From: an uncultured Methanosarcinales archaeon
GTDB taxonomy: Archaea > Nanobdellota > Nanobdellia > Woesearchaeales > CAZYIM01
Reading direction: 5' to 3'
DNA: 43,094 bases
Assembly: GCA_964647565.1 (NCBI GenBank)
Contig: CAZYIM010000012.1
Coordinates: 22,414-65,507 of the forward strand
Shown: one piece after another, positions 18,298-28,824 of the stretch
Position numbering within the stretch: position 1 is the stretch's first letter
How the letters are laid out: each line of letters opens with the position of its first letter
The notes under the pieces: model-generated
The model's input: the letters and a program-made list of their open reading frames with translations, nothing else
What the model was told of the DNA's origin: nothing
Databases searched by the model: none
Translations under genes and position numbers: made by a program

Positions 18298-19668
18298 GTG
18301 AAGGTTAAAACTGAATTGATTTTATTTATGCTATCTTTGGCAGTCTGTGTTATCTTTATCCATACTCAAATCTTGACCTGGAGCGATGGTACTAGAATAG
18401 CTGCTACTGAAGCCTTGGTTAAACAAAAAGTATTTTATATAGAAAACACCTCTGTTTACGAACTTGCGGGAGGGGACAAGTTTTATGTTAATGGCCATTT
18501 CTATGCCTCTGACAATCCGATGATCTCAATCATCGGAGCAGTTCCTTACTCTATATTAAATATAATATTTGGGGAAAGTAGAGGAATTAACGATTGGCCG
18601 AACTATTTCTTGGTGGTTTTTTTTACAATAGGTATTAGTGCATCCTTATTAGTATTCTTTTTTTATAGATCCTTGAAATTCTTCAAATTGAGAGAGTATC
18701 AAAGGATAATACTTTCATTCTCTGTCTTGTTTAGCACTCTGATTTTCAGTTATTCTGGCCACTTCATGAAGCATGCGCCTGCCGCCTTATTCATGTTCCT
18801 CTCATTTTATTATCTTATTAAACCAAGATTTGTCAATTGCTCAAAAAGGTGCTCTTATATGCTCTCAGGTCTGTTTGCAGCTCTTACCTTCAACCTAGAT
18901 ATGCCCGCGGGTCTAATGTTCCTAGCCTTGTTTCTAGGGTATTTGCTGATGACCAAGAAGCTAAGAAAATATTGCTCATTCTATATTATGGGCACAATAA
19001 TTCCTCTTATATTCTATTTGGTACTGAATATGTATATATTTTCAACAGTAACACCCCCTCAGATACATGATGAATATGTCATATACCCAGGATCAAGATG
19101 GCTGAGAAATCCCGCATCAGTCCCTTTCGGATCTGAAAGCGATCTGATCGAAATCCTACAAAAGCAATCAATTCCTAAAAACAAGATAAACCAAGTAATA
19201 GCCAAATATCATGAAGAATATGATGAATATAATAGTCCAACAGCAAAAGCAGTAACTGCTTTTTGGTACAGTTTTGGAAGGAATGGTTTTTTCTCCTACA
19301 GCCCCATTCTTATTTTTTCATTCATATTTATGATGACTGCCCTTTTGAAAAAGAAGTACAAACTGAGAAAAGAAGCATTCATTATTCTCGTAGGAAGTTT
19401 AATTACAACAAGTTTTTATACATTTGTTCCCGCGATTCCAGTCGCAGGTTGCTCATATGGACCCCGGCACATGATCTCAATCATTCCACTGGTATTTTTC
19501 TTTACAGGGATTATATATAAAGAAAGAAGAACCAAGATAGTAATGATCTTGTTCTACCTAGTTTTAGCTATATCTAGCATAGTTGCGTTCATCGGCACCA
19601 TAAATCCCGCAGTTTGCGACACATTTCCTATCTTGAAGATAATATCAAACTTAATAGGTAAACCATGA
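18298..19668 (+). CDS. Multi-pass membrane protein, probable GT-C-fold glycosyltransferase
   Basis: About 10-11 TM segments, first external loop WSDG...GDKFYVNGHFY, GFFSYSP and YGPRH motifs; glycan-locus context. Confidence 0.55.
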   Translation: MKVKTELILFMLSLAVCVIFIHTQILTWSDGTRIAATEALVKQKVFYIENTSVYELAGGDKFYVNGHFYASDNPMISIIGAVPYSILNIIFGESRGINDWPNYFLVVFFTIGISASLLVFFFYRSLKFFKLREYQRIILSFSVLFSTLIFSYSGHFMKHAPAALFMFLSFYYLIKPRFVNCSKRCSYMLSGLFAALTFNLDMPAGLMFLALFLGYLLMTKKLRKYCSFYIMGTIIPLIFYLVLNMYIFSTVTPPQIHDEYVIYPGSRWLRNPASVPFGSESDLIEILQKQSIPKNKINQVIAKYHEEYDEYNSPTAKAVTAFWYSFGRNGFFSYSPILIFSFIFMMTALLKKKYKLRKEAFIILVGSLITTSFYTFVPAIPVAGCSYGPRHMISIIPLVFFFTGIIYKERRTKIVMILFYLVLAISSIVAFIGTINPAVCDTFPILKIISNLIGKP

Positions 19669-21083
19669 AAAACATTATACTAATCAGACCTCCAGAAACA
19701 TATCGCTTTTATTGTGATGTACCTGAGAAAGTTGAAAGTTCAGTAGGTTGTTTTCCGTCTTTGGGCATCATGTATATAGCTTCCTATCTTGAGCAAACTG
19801 TAAATGTAAGAGTCAACATTCTAGATATGAATGCTGAAAAGACTTCACAGAGTAAATTAAGGAGTTATATTACCCAAAAAAGACCTGAATTAATTGGCAT
19901 TCAAACTACATCATACACCTATATCGACGCTTTGTTTATTGCTAAGCTAATCAAACAAGTTGATCCTGCAATCAAAGTTGTTTTAGGCGGAGTACAGCCC
20001 ACCATGTTTCCTGTTGAAACACTCATGCAGGCCAATGTTGACTTCATAATAGCAGGAGAGGCAGAGCTATCATTTGCAGAGTTGGTCAAGCTGCTTGACT
20101 CTCCTGATCAATGGGATAATATTGAGGGTTTAGGATACAAACTAAAAAATGATGAACCAAGAATTAGTAAAAAAAGGGGTTATATAAAAGATTTAGATAC
20201 GTTGCCATTTCCTGCAAGATACCTAACCAAGTATAAAAAATATTACTCTGTTTTGGCCGAAAAAAAACCAATAACCTCCATCATTTCAAGCAGAGGATGT
20301 CCCTTCAGGTGCACTTTTTGCGATAGGCCTAGATTAGATCCAATTTACAGACCAAGGAAAATTGGGAGTGTTATTGCCGAACTCAATCAATGTGTTGAAA
20401 TGGGAATCAGAGAATTCTCATTCTATGACAATACCTTCACAGTTGACAGAAAAAGAACAATGCTTCTGTGCAAGGAGATCATAAAAAATAAATTAGATAT
20501 AAATTTCGATATTAAAACGCGAACGGATTGCGTTGACAAGAGTATACTTTCAAAGTTAAGCAAGACAGGTTGCAAGAGAATCTATTATGGTATTGAGTCG
20601 AGTAACCAAGAGAACCTTAATACAGTCAATAAAAACAATAATATGCATTCTATAAAAAAAGCTATCAAGCTAACCAAGCAGGCAGGCATTAATATACTTG
20701 CATATTACATGATCGGATTGCCAGGTGAAACCCGCAAAAATATATTCGAAACAATCAAGTTTGCAAAAGAATTGAATACAGATTACGCCCTCTTTTCGAT
20801 TTTTACACCACTTCCATCTACACAAGTTTATGAAGAAGCACTAGAAAATGAGTTTTACGAAGAAGATTTCTGGAGATCCTTTGCCAAGAATCCCAATCAG
20901 GATTTTAAGCCAAAACTATGGACAGAATTCATGAATGAAAAAGAACTAAATAAGCTGGAAACCAAAGCATACAATTCATTCTATTATAGGCCTGAATATT
21001 TTATCAATAGATTACTGAAAATCAAGACGTTGCATGAGTTCAGGACTCAGATCAAGGCAGGTGTCAAGATGTTGGGGTTATAA
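19665..21083 (+). CDS. B12-binding domain radical SAM protein
   Basis: PSLGIMYIASYL, LGGVQ, AGEAE, LDTLPFPAR, SSRGCPFRCTFC, YGIES, IGLPGET. Confidence 0.93.
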   Translation: MKNIILIRPPETYRFYCDVPEKVESSVGCFPSLGIMYIASYLEQTVNVRVNILDMNAEKTSQSKLRSYITQKRPELIGIQTTSYTYIDALFIAKLIKQVDPAIKVVLGGVQPTMFPVETLMQANVDFIIAGEAELSFAELVKLLDSPDQWDNIEGLGYKLKNDEPRISKKRGYIKDLDTLPFPARYLTKYKKYYSVLAEKKPITSIISSRGCPFRCTFCDRPRLDPIYRPRKIGSVIAELNQCVEMGIREFSFYDNTFTVDRKRTMLLCKEIIKNKLDINFDIKTRTDCVDKSILSKLSKTGCKRIYYGIESSNQENLNTVNKNNNMHSIKKAIKLTKQAGINILAYYMIGLPGETRKNIFETIKFAKELNTDYALFSIFTPLPSTQVYEEALENEFYEEDFWRSFAKNPNQDFKPKLWTEFMNEKELNKLETKAYNSFYYRPEYFINRLLKIKTLHEFRTQIKAGVKMLGL

Positions 21084-21086
21084 ATT

Positions 21087-22700
21087 ATGAAAAAACAGAA
21101 CAAGAAGTTGAAAATGGAAACAATATTTATTGTGGTATTATTGGCAATTGCATTTACTGTCAGGGTTATTAATATTGGATCCTATGATATAGGTTCTTGT
21201 TGGGATGAAGGTTATGATGCAATCGTCACAAGAAACATGATTGAGGATTCAAAAAACCTTCTTTATCCATCTATGTTTAACGAAAATTTTAAAGGGTTGC
21301 TGTATAATAAGCCCCCTGTTTTTTTTTGGATAGGTGCTTTATCTCTAAAATTATTTGGCGTTCATGAGTTTAGCTACCGTATTGTCTCTGTACTAGCCGG
21401 AACATTAGCTGTGTTTATCTTCTATTTATTGACCAAACTCTTGTTTAGAAAAAGAATGGTAATAATTGCAGCAGTAATATTCGCTTTCTTTCCTCTCCAC
21501 ATTGTTTTTTCAAGGGTTTACCAGAAAGATATGTTCGTCCTTATGCTAACACTCTTTACGGCGTATCTATTAATTAGGGGAGTGGCGGAAAAAAGGAAGA
21601 TATTTCTTTGGTTGAGTGCTTTATTAATAGGAATAAATTTATTAACAAAATTCTGGCAAGGGATTCTTCCAATAATTGCAGTGATAGTCTGGTTGTTCAT
21701 AAAGCATTTTAAGAAAAAAGAATACAGATTGTTAGCAATAAAACCAATTTTTGCACTAATCGGAGGGTTTTTGTTATTTCTAATTTGGCCGATCATCCTC
21801 TGGCTCACACCAAAACAGTACAACAATTTTCTTCATTCATCTAATAACGTGTGGGATATGGTATTCGGCTTCAATTTGGTCGGAAAACTTGAAGGTTTAA
21901 ATATTTACAAATACCTTCAGAATATACTTAATTTTAATTATCTGGGATATGGGAACTTCCTGTCCAAACATGTCCTCCCTCCCCTCTTCCTGATATTCCT
22001 GATTGCAGGAATCCTACTTCTAGTTATCAGTATTGGCCAATCAATCCGTAAAAAAAAGCTATTAGACTATGATATCTTATTTCTTTTGTTATGGCTGCTC
22101 TCATTTCTACCAATACACATGCACAGGAACCATTTCATGGCCTTCTTGTTAGCAGTTTCGCCTGTTTTCTGCTGGATTATTGCTAAAAGCATAGATGGCT
22201 TGTCACGACTGAGACTATCAAAGAAAGTGGTTGTTATAATAACCATAGTTGTACTTTTAGCCATGACAACGGTCTCAACCTATAACGTCCACTCTGGAAA
22301 GGAAATACTTTATCGTACGTATTATAAAGAGATGGGTGCGTATGTAAAACCCAAAATAGTAGATTATGAATATAGTGCATTCTGCAGGTATATGCCTGGT
22401 TTTACATATTATGCGGGAAAACTGTGCATACGACCAGATTTCATCAGACCACATCCAGTCGATCAAAAAACATCAGATTGGGGAGGGCTTCCTGAACAGA
22501 AAGATTTAAAAGAATACTATAAAGACGAAGATATTAGATTTTTCGAATTTGACGAGAGAAGTATTGATTACTTCTTGAATAAAGAACAAAAAGCATGGGT
22601 ATATCAGAACTGTATCCTTATCGATCAAAAAGCAAGTATTCCATCCATAAGTCACCACCACCTGTATGATTGTCATTCTGATCTAAATGGAGGAAAGTAA
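21087..22700 (+). CDS. ArnT/PMT-family (GT39/GT83-like) membrane glycosyltransferase
   Basis: WDEG acidic motif, NKPPVFFWI, LFGVHEFSYR, LTK; many TM helices and a soluble C-terminal domain. Confidence 0.85.
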   Translation: MKKQNKKLKMETIFIVVLLAIAFTVRVINIGSYDIGSCWDEGYDAIVTRNMIEDSKNLLYPSMFNENFKGLLYNKPPVFFWIGALSLKLFGVHEFSYRIVSVLAGTLAVFIFYLLTKLLFRKRMVIIAAVIFAFFPLHIVFSRVYQKDMFVLMLTLFTAYLLIRGVAEKRKIFLWLSALLIGINLLTKFWQGILPIIAVIVWLFIKHFKKKEYRLLAIKPIFALIGGFLLFLIWPIILWLTPKQYNNFLHSSNNVWDMVFGFNLVGKLEGLNIYKYLQNILNFNYLGYGNFLSKHVLPPLFLIFLIAGILLLVISIGQSIRKKKLLDYDILFLLLWLLSFLPIHMHRNHFMAFLLAVSPVFCWIIAKSIDGLSRLRLSKKVVVIITIVVLLAMTTVSTYNVHSGKEILYRTYYKEMGAYVKPKIVDYEYSAFCRYMPGFTYYAGKLCIRPDFIRPHPVDQKTSDWGGLPEQKDLKEYYKDEDIRFFEFDERSIDYFLNKEQKAWVYQNCILIDQKASIPSISHHHLYDCHSDLNGGK

Positions 22701-22702
22701 GA

Positions 22703-23704
22703 ATGAGTAAAGTTACAAAAGTTATTCTTAGATTTTTAATGAATTTAAGGAATAAGCTAAAGAGATTTAATTTCATTCAACAAGATTTAATGGAGATAGG
22801 GCAGGAACAGGTTTTTTCAGGGCTTGACATTCATGAAAAGATGCTAGCAGATCAGGTAAGAACAGAAGCTTATCGAGCGGCTATAGAAAAGTATGTAAAA
22901 CCCAGCGACGTTGTTGTTGATCTTGGAGCAGGTACAGGAATACTATCGTTCTTAGCAGCACAGAAAAAGCCAAAAAAAATATTCGCTTTGGAGAAAACTG
23001 ACATTATTGAAAAAGCAAAGCTGATTGCGAAGTATAATAAGATAGACAACATTATCTTCATAAAAAAAGATAGTAGAAAGTTAACTCTTCCAAAAAAGGC
23101 AAATATAATTCTGCATGATCAGATTGGTAATTTTTTATTTAATGAAGGAATGGTGTCATCTGTTATTGATTTAAAAGATAGGTTACTTTTAAAAGAAGGA
23201 AAGATATTACCTGGCAAATTTGAGTTGTTCATCGAACCAGTAAAGATTAAAGATGAATATCACATTCCCTTTTTATGGGAGCAAGAGATTGATAACATTA
23301 AATTCGATTGTTTAAAGCAATATAAGGATTATTTTAGAAAAATAAGACAGATAAATGGGTATGAAGTTGAGAGGTTACTAAGCGAACCAAAACCTGTTAT
23401 GACAATTGACCTAGAAACTGTTACTGCCAAAGATCTCCCAAAACACATCTATTGTATTAAGAAAATTAATGCAAATTCACGATTTGATGGCTTTTGCCTA
23501 TACTTCAAAGCAATTTTTGATGATGAGATTTATCTCACCACATCGCCATTTGAAAAACCTACCCAATGGTCTCCGATGCTCTTGAGATCAAAGGGTATCA
23601 AATGTAAAAAAAATGATAAGATGGAATTTCAGCTTATATTTAAAGATTTAACTAATGCCCATAGCTGGAAGTGGAAAGTTAAGATGATGGTTGAAAAAAA
23701 ATGA
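22703..23704 (+). CDS. PRMT-like (protein arginine methyltransferase-fold) SAM-dependent methyltransferase
   Basis: IHEKMLADQVRTEAY, VVDLGAGTGILS, double-E-loop-like HDQIGNFLFNEGM, DGFCLYF, THW-loop-like TSPFEKPTQW. Confidence 0.8.
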   Translation: MSKVTKVILRFLMNLRNKLKRFNFIQQDLMEIGQEQVFSGLDIHEKMLADQVRTEAYRAAIEKYVKPSDVVVDLGAGTGILSFLAAQKKPKKIFALEKTDIIEKAKLIAKYNKIDNIIFIKKDSRKLTLPKKANIILHDQIGNFLFNEGMVSSVIDLKDRLLLKEGKILPGKFELFIEPVKIKDEYHIPFLWEQEIDNIKFDCLKQYKDYFRKIRQINGYEVERLLSEPKPVMTIDLETVTAKDLPKHIYCIKKINANSRFDGFCLYFKAIFDDEIYLTTSPFEKPTQWSPMLLRSKGIKCKKNDKMEFQLIFKDLTNAHSWKWKVKMMVEKK

Positions 23705-25026
23705 GCATACCAAAGAACTCATCAATAATACTCATACAACCTACAATAATAAAAAATCCCAGAATCTTAATAATAAAGAAACTTATATTCCCTTCAGTTC
23801 CTTTGGCATATATGGGGGCATATCTTCGTCATAAAGGACTACGAGTTATTTACATTGACCAAAATTACCAGAATCAGAATCCTTTCTTTGCATTAAAAAA
23901 AAATAATCCCACACTCGTAGGAATATGTACAGAATCAGCTAGTCTTCCATTAGTATTAAAAATTGCAAGTTACGCAAAAAGAAGAGGACATACAGTGGTT
24001 CTAGGGGGCATTCATGTATCTGCTATTAAGGAAAAGATCTTAAGATATCCTTATGTTGATTTCGCCATACATGGCGAAGGAGAAATTCCTTTGCATAAGC
24101 TAGCACTAGCATTGCAAAATAAAACAAGCCTAAAACAGGTTCCTGGATTAATTTATCGGCATAAGGGTATAATACAGATCAATAAACCTATACAAGCAAA
24201 CTTGAACAATTTTCCAATTCCTGATTACTCTTTTGTCAAACATAAAAAGATTGATTATTTTCCTATTTCAACCAGTAGAGGCTGCCCATATGATTGCACA
24301 TTCTGTCCATCCGGATCAACATATAAATATTGGAACAAGAAAAATATATCTAAGGTCCTAGAAGAAATTGAGTTTGCCAATAAAAAGTTTAAAATAAAAA
24401 AATTTTTTATAACTGATGAGAATTTTGGTCATGATATTTCCAGAGTAAAAGAATTTTGTAAAACCTTGATAAAATCCTCATTAAAAATAAAGTGGAAAGT
24501 CATGGAAGGAGTAAGAGCTGACAGTGTTGACAGTGAATTGCTGGATTTGATGAAAGCATCTGGTTGTTCTTCTATTGCAATAGGAATTCAAACAATTGAT
24601 TCAGATGTTTTTCGTGAATTTAAAAAAGGAGAAAATCTAACTACAAATTTAGAGGTTATTGCTCTGGCTAAAGAAAAAGGTTTCACAATAGGCGCCCACT
24701 TCATAATAGGCCTTCCAAACTCCACATTCAAAACTGACATGAAATCATTCCGTTTTGCTATAAAAAATTTAGACTATGCCCGATTTTTTATGTATATCCC
24801 TTATTATGGAACTCCACTTTACCAACATGTAAAAAACAGACATGAACTCCTAAGAGAACCGATCGGAAAGAACCTTATAGGCGCTATTTGGCAAAAACCG
24901 TTCATAAAAACAAAAAAATACTCAAGTACGTCCATCTTTATTATGCATTTTATAGCAAGATCCTATTTTTTAACTACTGTGGTTAAGGATATGTTTAGAA
25001 AAGCTATTAATTTTATATATCCTTGA
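23701..25026 (+). CDS. B12-binding domain radical SAM protein
   Basis: LAYMGAYL, LGGIH, HGEGE, TSRGCPYDCTFC, ITDENF, IIGLP. Confidence 0.92.
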   Translation: MSIPKNSSIILIQPTIIKNPRILIIKKLIFPSVPLAYMGAYLRHKGLRVIYIDQNYQNQNPFFALKKNNPTLVGICTESASLPLVLKIASYAKRRGHTVVLGGIHVSAIKEKILRYPYVDFAIHGEGEIPLHKLALALQNKTSLKQVPGLIYRHKGIIQINKPIQANLNNFPIPDYSFVKHKKIDYFPISTSRGCPYDCTFCPSGSTYKYWNKKNISKVLEEIEFANKKFKIKKFFITDENFGHDISRVKEFCKTLIKSSLKIKWKVMEGVRADSVDSELLDLMKASGCSSIAIGIQTIDSDVFREFKKGENLTTNLEVIALAKEKGFTIGAHFIIGLPNSTFKTDMKSFRFAIKNLDYARFFMYIPYYGTPLYQHVKNRHELLREPIGKNLIGAIWQKPFIKTKKYSSTSIFIMHFIARSYFLTTVVKDMFRKAINFIYP

Positions 25027-26487
25027 ATGATAATGAACAATAATAAAATCATCAAAAAAATAAATAGTAATAAAGTGTTAATTCTGATCATTTTAATTGT
25101 AATATTACTTAGATTTCTATGGATAGGGACCTTAATCGAAAGGGATGAAGGCACATTCGGGCAGATTGCTTGGAGAATGACTGAAGGAGAGATGCTCTAC
25201 AAGAATGTGTTTGGAGTCCATCCACCGGGAATATACATAATATATAATGTAGGTATAGAATTATTCGGGAACTCCATCGAGCCAATTAGGATCATGAATA
25301 ATCTTCTTTTTTTTATTTCTATAGTTTTCTTATATGTTCTCATTAAAAAGCTATATGGTGAAAAAACAGCTCTGTTCTCCAGTATGTTCTATGGAATAGC
25401 AATGAATGTGCCTGCATTAGAGGCTCATCTTGCAATGAGCGAATCTTTCATGATTCCTCTAATCATTATTGCAGCATATTTCTTTCTAAAGTTTAGAGAA
25501 GAAAATAGGATTGGATGGCTCTTACTCTCTTCGCTATTCATGTGTTTAGTTGCAATGATAAGACTATCTGGACTAATGGGTTTAATTACATTGCTACTTT
25601 GGATTTTAATATTTAATAAAAGAAAAAAGAAAAAATCTAAGTTTATCCTAGTTGTCTTAGCACCAGTTTTATTGATATTCTCATCTTTATTAGGTTTTTT
25701 CTTTATAAAAGGAGGGTTGCTTTCAGATATAATAGATACTTTTGTTTATTTATATATTAGGCCCCAAATATCCAAAGGCATTTATAACTATATGCCGTGG
25801 GAACACTATCTTTTAATTTTCAGTGAAGTCCTATTCTTATTAATTCCTGCTATCATAGGTATTGTTATTCTGTTCCGTCATAAAGCCAAAAAGAAATTCA
25901 TCTTAGTTTGGTTGGTCTGTTTTCTTATAGTAACTCTAATACCACCTGCATTTGGACATTATTTTATCCAAATCATCCCGCCCTTAGCAGTCTTAGCTGC
26001 CATTGGAACAATACAGGTCATTGAACAACGAAAAAATAAGACAATTTCATTGATAGTTATCCTTGTAATTATAATCTCATTTGGAATATCAGGTTTCATG
26101 ATGACAAAACATGTTCCTGATATGAATGTTAAGTACGGTTCTATCGAAGTCTATTATTCTGAGTTTAAAAGTAGAGCACAACAAGAAAAACTTGTAGACT
26201 ATATTAAGAGTAATACCAATGAAAATGATTCTATTCTGGTTTTCTCATGGTCTCCTTTTGTTTATTGGTTAACAGAGAAGCACCCTCCCTTTAATGGAAC
26301 AGCCATATTGAAAGAAGATATGATACTTAATATGGTTTCAGACAAAAATGTAAAATACATAATTATTCCGAAGAGGCCTTTACCTTTGAAAATGCACTTA
26401 TTATTAGACAATGAGAGTGTAAGAAAAGTTTTCAATGAGTATAGATTACAATATCTTGACGGTATCGAGATTTATGAGAAAAAATAA
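25027..26487 (+). CDS. ArnT/PMT-family GT-C membrane glycosyltransferase
   Basis: ERDEG and HPPG motifs, ELFG, GHYFIQIIPP; many TM helices. Confidence 0.82.
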   Translation: MIMNNNKIIKKINSNKVLILIILIVILLRFLWIGTLIERDEGTFGQIAWRMTEGEMLYKNVFGVHPPGIYIIYNVGIELFGNSIEPIRIMNNLLFFISIVFLYVLIKKLYGEKTALFSSMFYGIAMNVPALEAHLAMSESFMIPLIIIAAYFFLKFREENRIGWLLLSSLFMCLVAMIRLSGLMGLITLLLWILIFNKRKKKKSKFILVVLAPVLLIFSSLLGFFFIKGGLLSDIIDTFVYLYIRPQISKGIYNYMPWEHYLLIFSEVLFLLIPAIIGIVILFRHKAKKKFILVWLVCFLIVTLIPPAFGHYFIQIIPPLAVLAAIGTIQVIEQRKNKTISLIVILVIIISFGISGFMMTKHVPDMNVKYGSIEVYYSEFKSRAQQEKLVDYIKSNTNENDSILVFSWSPFVYWLTEKHPPFNGTAILKEDMILNMVSDKNVKYIIIPKRPLPLKMHLLLDNESVRKVFNEYRLQYLDGIEIYEKK

Positions 26488-26489
26488 AA

Positions 26490-27719
26490 ATGGAAATCCG
26501 CGGAATAATCAGAAATGCATCTCACTTGATTTCGGCACAAATAATCAGCAAAATTCTATATTTAATACAGATAATCATCTTATCTAGATACCTTGGTACT
26601 AAGGGCCTGGGTATTTATTCATTCATATTTTCATTTGGACTAATATTTGTTTTGCTATCAGATTTAGGATTAGATGAATATATTATTAGACTTATCGCAA
26701 GAAATAAAAATAAAACAGATGTCGTGTTGGGTAATGTTCTTGTTATAAAGGGTCTATTATTCCTAATATTCATTCCTATTATGATGGTATCACTCAGATT
26801 GTTCTCCAATCAACAAGATATAATTCAAATCGCGTATCTTTATGTAATATATTATTTTCTCCATGTCTTAAGCTCTACAAACATTACTATTTTCAGAGCT
26901 TTCGAGGTCAACAAATACGAAGCCATTGTAATTTTACTGAGGGATTTCATAATTATAACATTAAACATGGTTTTTTTAATTTCAGGATATGGTATTGCAC
27001 ACATTTTCCTAGGTTTCATTGTTGGTACAATGGTTGGTTTCATTGTAGGTTCGATAATAGTCTTAAAAAAAATTACAAAGCCGATTTTTATAATCCAAAT
27101 TAGCAAATGGAAAAATTGGTTCAAAGACTCCTTTGGCTTTCTGGCAAATAGTTTAATGTTATTATTAATCCTAAAATTAAGCATGCTTATCTTAATAAAA
27201 TATCACCCCATAGAAGCAGTGGGTTTATTTGGATCTGTCATGGCTGTAATAGAAAACAGTATTACTCTTTTTGTATTGTTAGGGATTACATCTTACCCTG
27301 TTTTCTCAAGATTATTTATTAAATCAAAATTAGAACTGATAAAAACGTACAAGCAAGTACGGAATTATGCAGTAATAGGGGGATTATTGGCCACTTTAGC
27401 ATTATTGATATTTACGGTTCCTATCATCAAAATCCTCTTTGGTCAAGAGTTCTTGGGTGCTGTAATGGGATTAAGAATTCTTTCCATCGGAATCATTTTC
27501 TTTTTCCTCAATAGCTTAAATAAGTTTTTCCTCTTCGGGATCAATAAACAAATGTATAACATTCGAATATTGTCTGCAGTTTTATTAATAACCATTATTT
27601 TGGGTTTTGCTATCATCCCAACATATGGATTTATTGGTGCCATATTTACTTCATTGATATCCCAAGCAGTCCTATTTTTATTACAGTACCTTTATATCTC
27701 TAGAAACATAACAAATTGA
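26490..27719 (+). CDS. Wzx/MOP-superfamily polysaccharide flippase
   Basis: RYLGTKGLGIYS, SDLGL, YPVFSRL, LFGQEF, IPTYGFIGA; about 12 TM helices. Confidence 0.9.
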   Translation: MEIRGIIRNASHLISAQIISKILYLIQIIILSRYLGTKGLGIYSFIFSFGLIFVLLSDLGLDEYIIRLIARNKNKTDVVLGNVLVIKGLLFLIFIPIMMVSLRLFSNQQDIIQIAYLYVIYYFLHVLSSTNITIFRAFEVNKYEAIVILLRDFIIITLNMVFLISGYGIAHIFLGFIVGTMVGFIVGSIIVLKKITKPIFIIQISKWKNWFKDSFGFLANSLMLLLILKLSMLILIKYHPIEAVGLFGSVMAVIENSITLFVLLGITSYPVFSRLFIKSKLELIKTYKQVRNYAVIGGLLATLALLIFTVPIIKILFGQEFLGAVMGLRILSIGIIFFFLNSLNKFFLFGINKQMYNIRILSAVLLITIILGFAIIPTYGFIGAIFTSLISQAVLFLLQYLYISRNITN

Positions 27720-27744
27720 GAAAGAAATAAATAAGATAACGCAG

Positions 27745-28824
27745 CTATTTCCAAAGATACTGCCTTATCTTCTCACTCTCTACATGCACATTAGCACAGC
27801 AGCGTTTGCAGTAGTTCAGCAGGTTCTTTTTCAGAAGTCTCTCCCGAATCATGTTGAAAGCGTCTCCATACCAGACATCCTCTAAAGATTTTTCAGAAAC
27901 ATTATCTCCGTCTTTTCCTCCAGATATACTACACTGAGCAGCCTTACCATCAGGTAGTATGATCATGTTGTACCAAGGCTCAAAGCAAGGCAAAGAGAGA
28001 AATGGATCCTTAATGGTTTTCGTCTTCTTCGCGATTCGAGTGTCCATACTCTGCTCAGAATCCGATATTAGATCATCATCAATAAAGGCAGACAGGTTGT
28101 TGTATATATTTACCTTGTCCATTGCGGCCTTAGCTTGTTTGAGATTAGTTTGGACAGCTTTCTTCTGGGACACTCCCAACTTCAGCTTTTCTCCTTCATC
28201 TCCCCACACAGTCATGGATTGCAATTGCCAATCCTGACAACCCAGCTCACTAAATAACTTTGCCATCTCTTCAAGCTTATCGAAGTTTCTATTAGACAAG
28301 ACTGAGTTGATGCGGATTATAGGGACATTAGAACCAACCTCTTTCTTCAGCTTGTTAAAAGACTTTATCGCATTAAGGGTCTTTGAAAAAGAGCCTTTGA
28401 CGCCTCTCAGATAATCATTAGTTTTAGCATCTGGCCCATCAATGCTAAAGGTAATGCAGTCCCACCCAAGATCAATAAGTTTACGTATGGATCTCTCAGT
28501 AAAAAGTGTGCCATTAGTTATTAGCAATCCGCGCATGTTCTTTTCTTTTATTCGGAACATCAACTCAAACAAATCTTTCCTGACCAAAGGCTCACCAGCC
28601 CCAGGAATCCTTACCTCTTTAACACCAAGATCCGCAGCCTGATCAATAATAGAAAAAAACTTTTCTGGCTTGAGCTCGTTTCGGATATCAACCGGAAAAG
28701 CCCTTTGCCAACAACTCAAACATTTGAGGTTGCAGCGATTGGTTGGATTCAGTTCAAGGACAACAGGACCTTGTGGCTTACCTCCTCTCCAGCTTTGCAA
28801 CCGATTTATTTTCTCTTCATGCAT
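27745..28824 (-). CDS. Radical SAM protein with Twitch domain (paralog group A)
   Basis: PTNRCNLKCLSCWQ, GAGEP, TNG, CFEPWY...DGKAAQC...YCKRC. Confidence 0.92.
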   Translation of the reverse strand: MHEEKINRLQSWRGGKPQGPVVLELNPTNRCNLKCLSCWQRAFPVDIRNELKPEKFFSIIDQAADLGVKEVRIPGAGEPLVRKDLFELMFRIKEKNMRGLLITNGTLFTERSIRKLIDLGWDCITFSIDGPDAKTNDYLRGVKGSFSKTLNAIKSFNKLKKEVGSNVPIIRINSVLSNRNFDKLEEMAKLFSELGCQDWQLQSMTVWGDEGEKLKLGVSQKKAVQTNLKQAKAAMDKVNIYNNLSAFIDDDLISDSEQSMDTRIAKKTKTIKDPFLSLPCFEPWYNMIILPDGKAAQCSISGGKDGDNVSEKSLEDVWYGDAFNMIRERLLKKNLLNYCKRCCANVHVESEKIRQYLWK

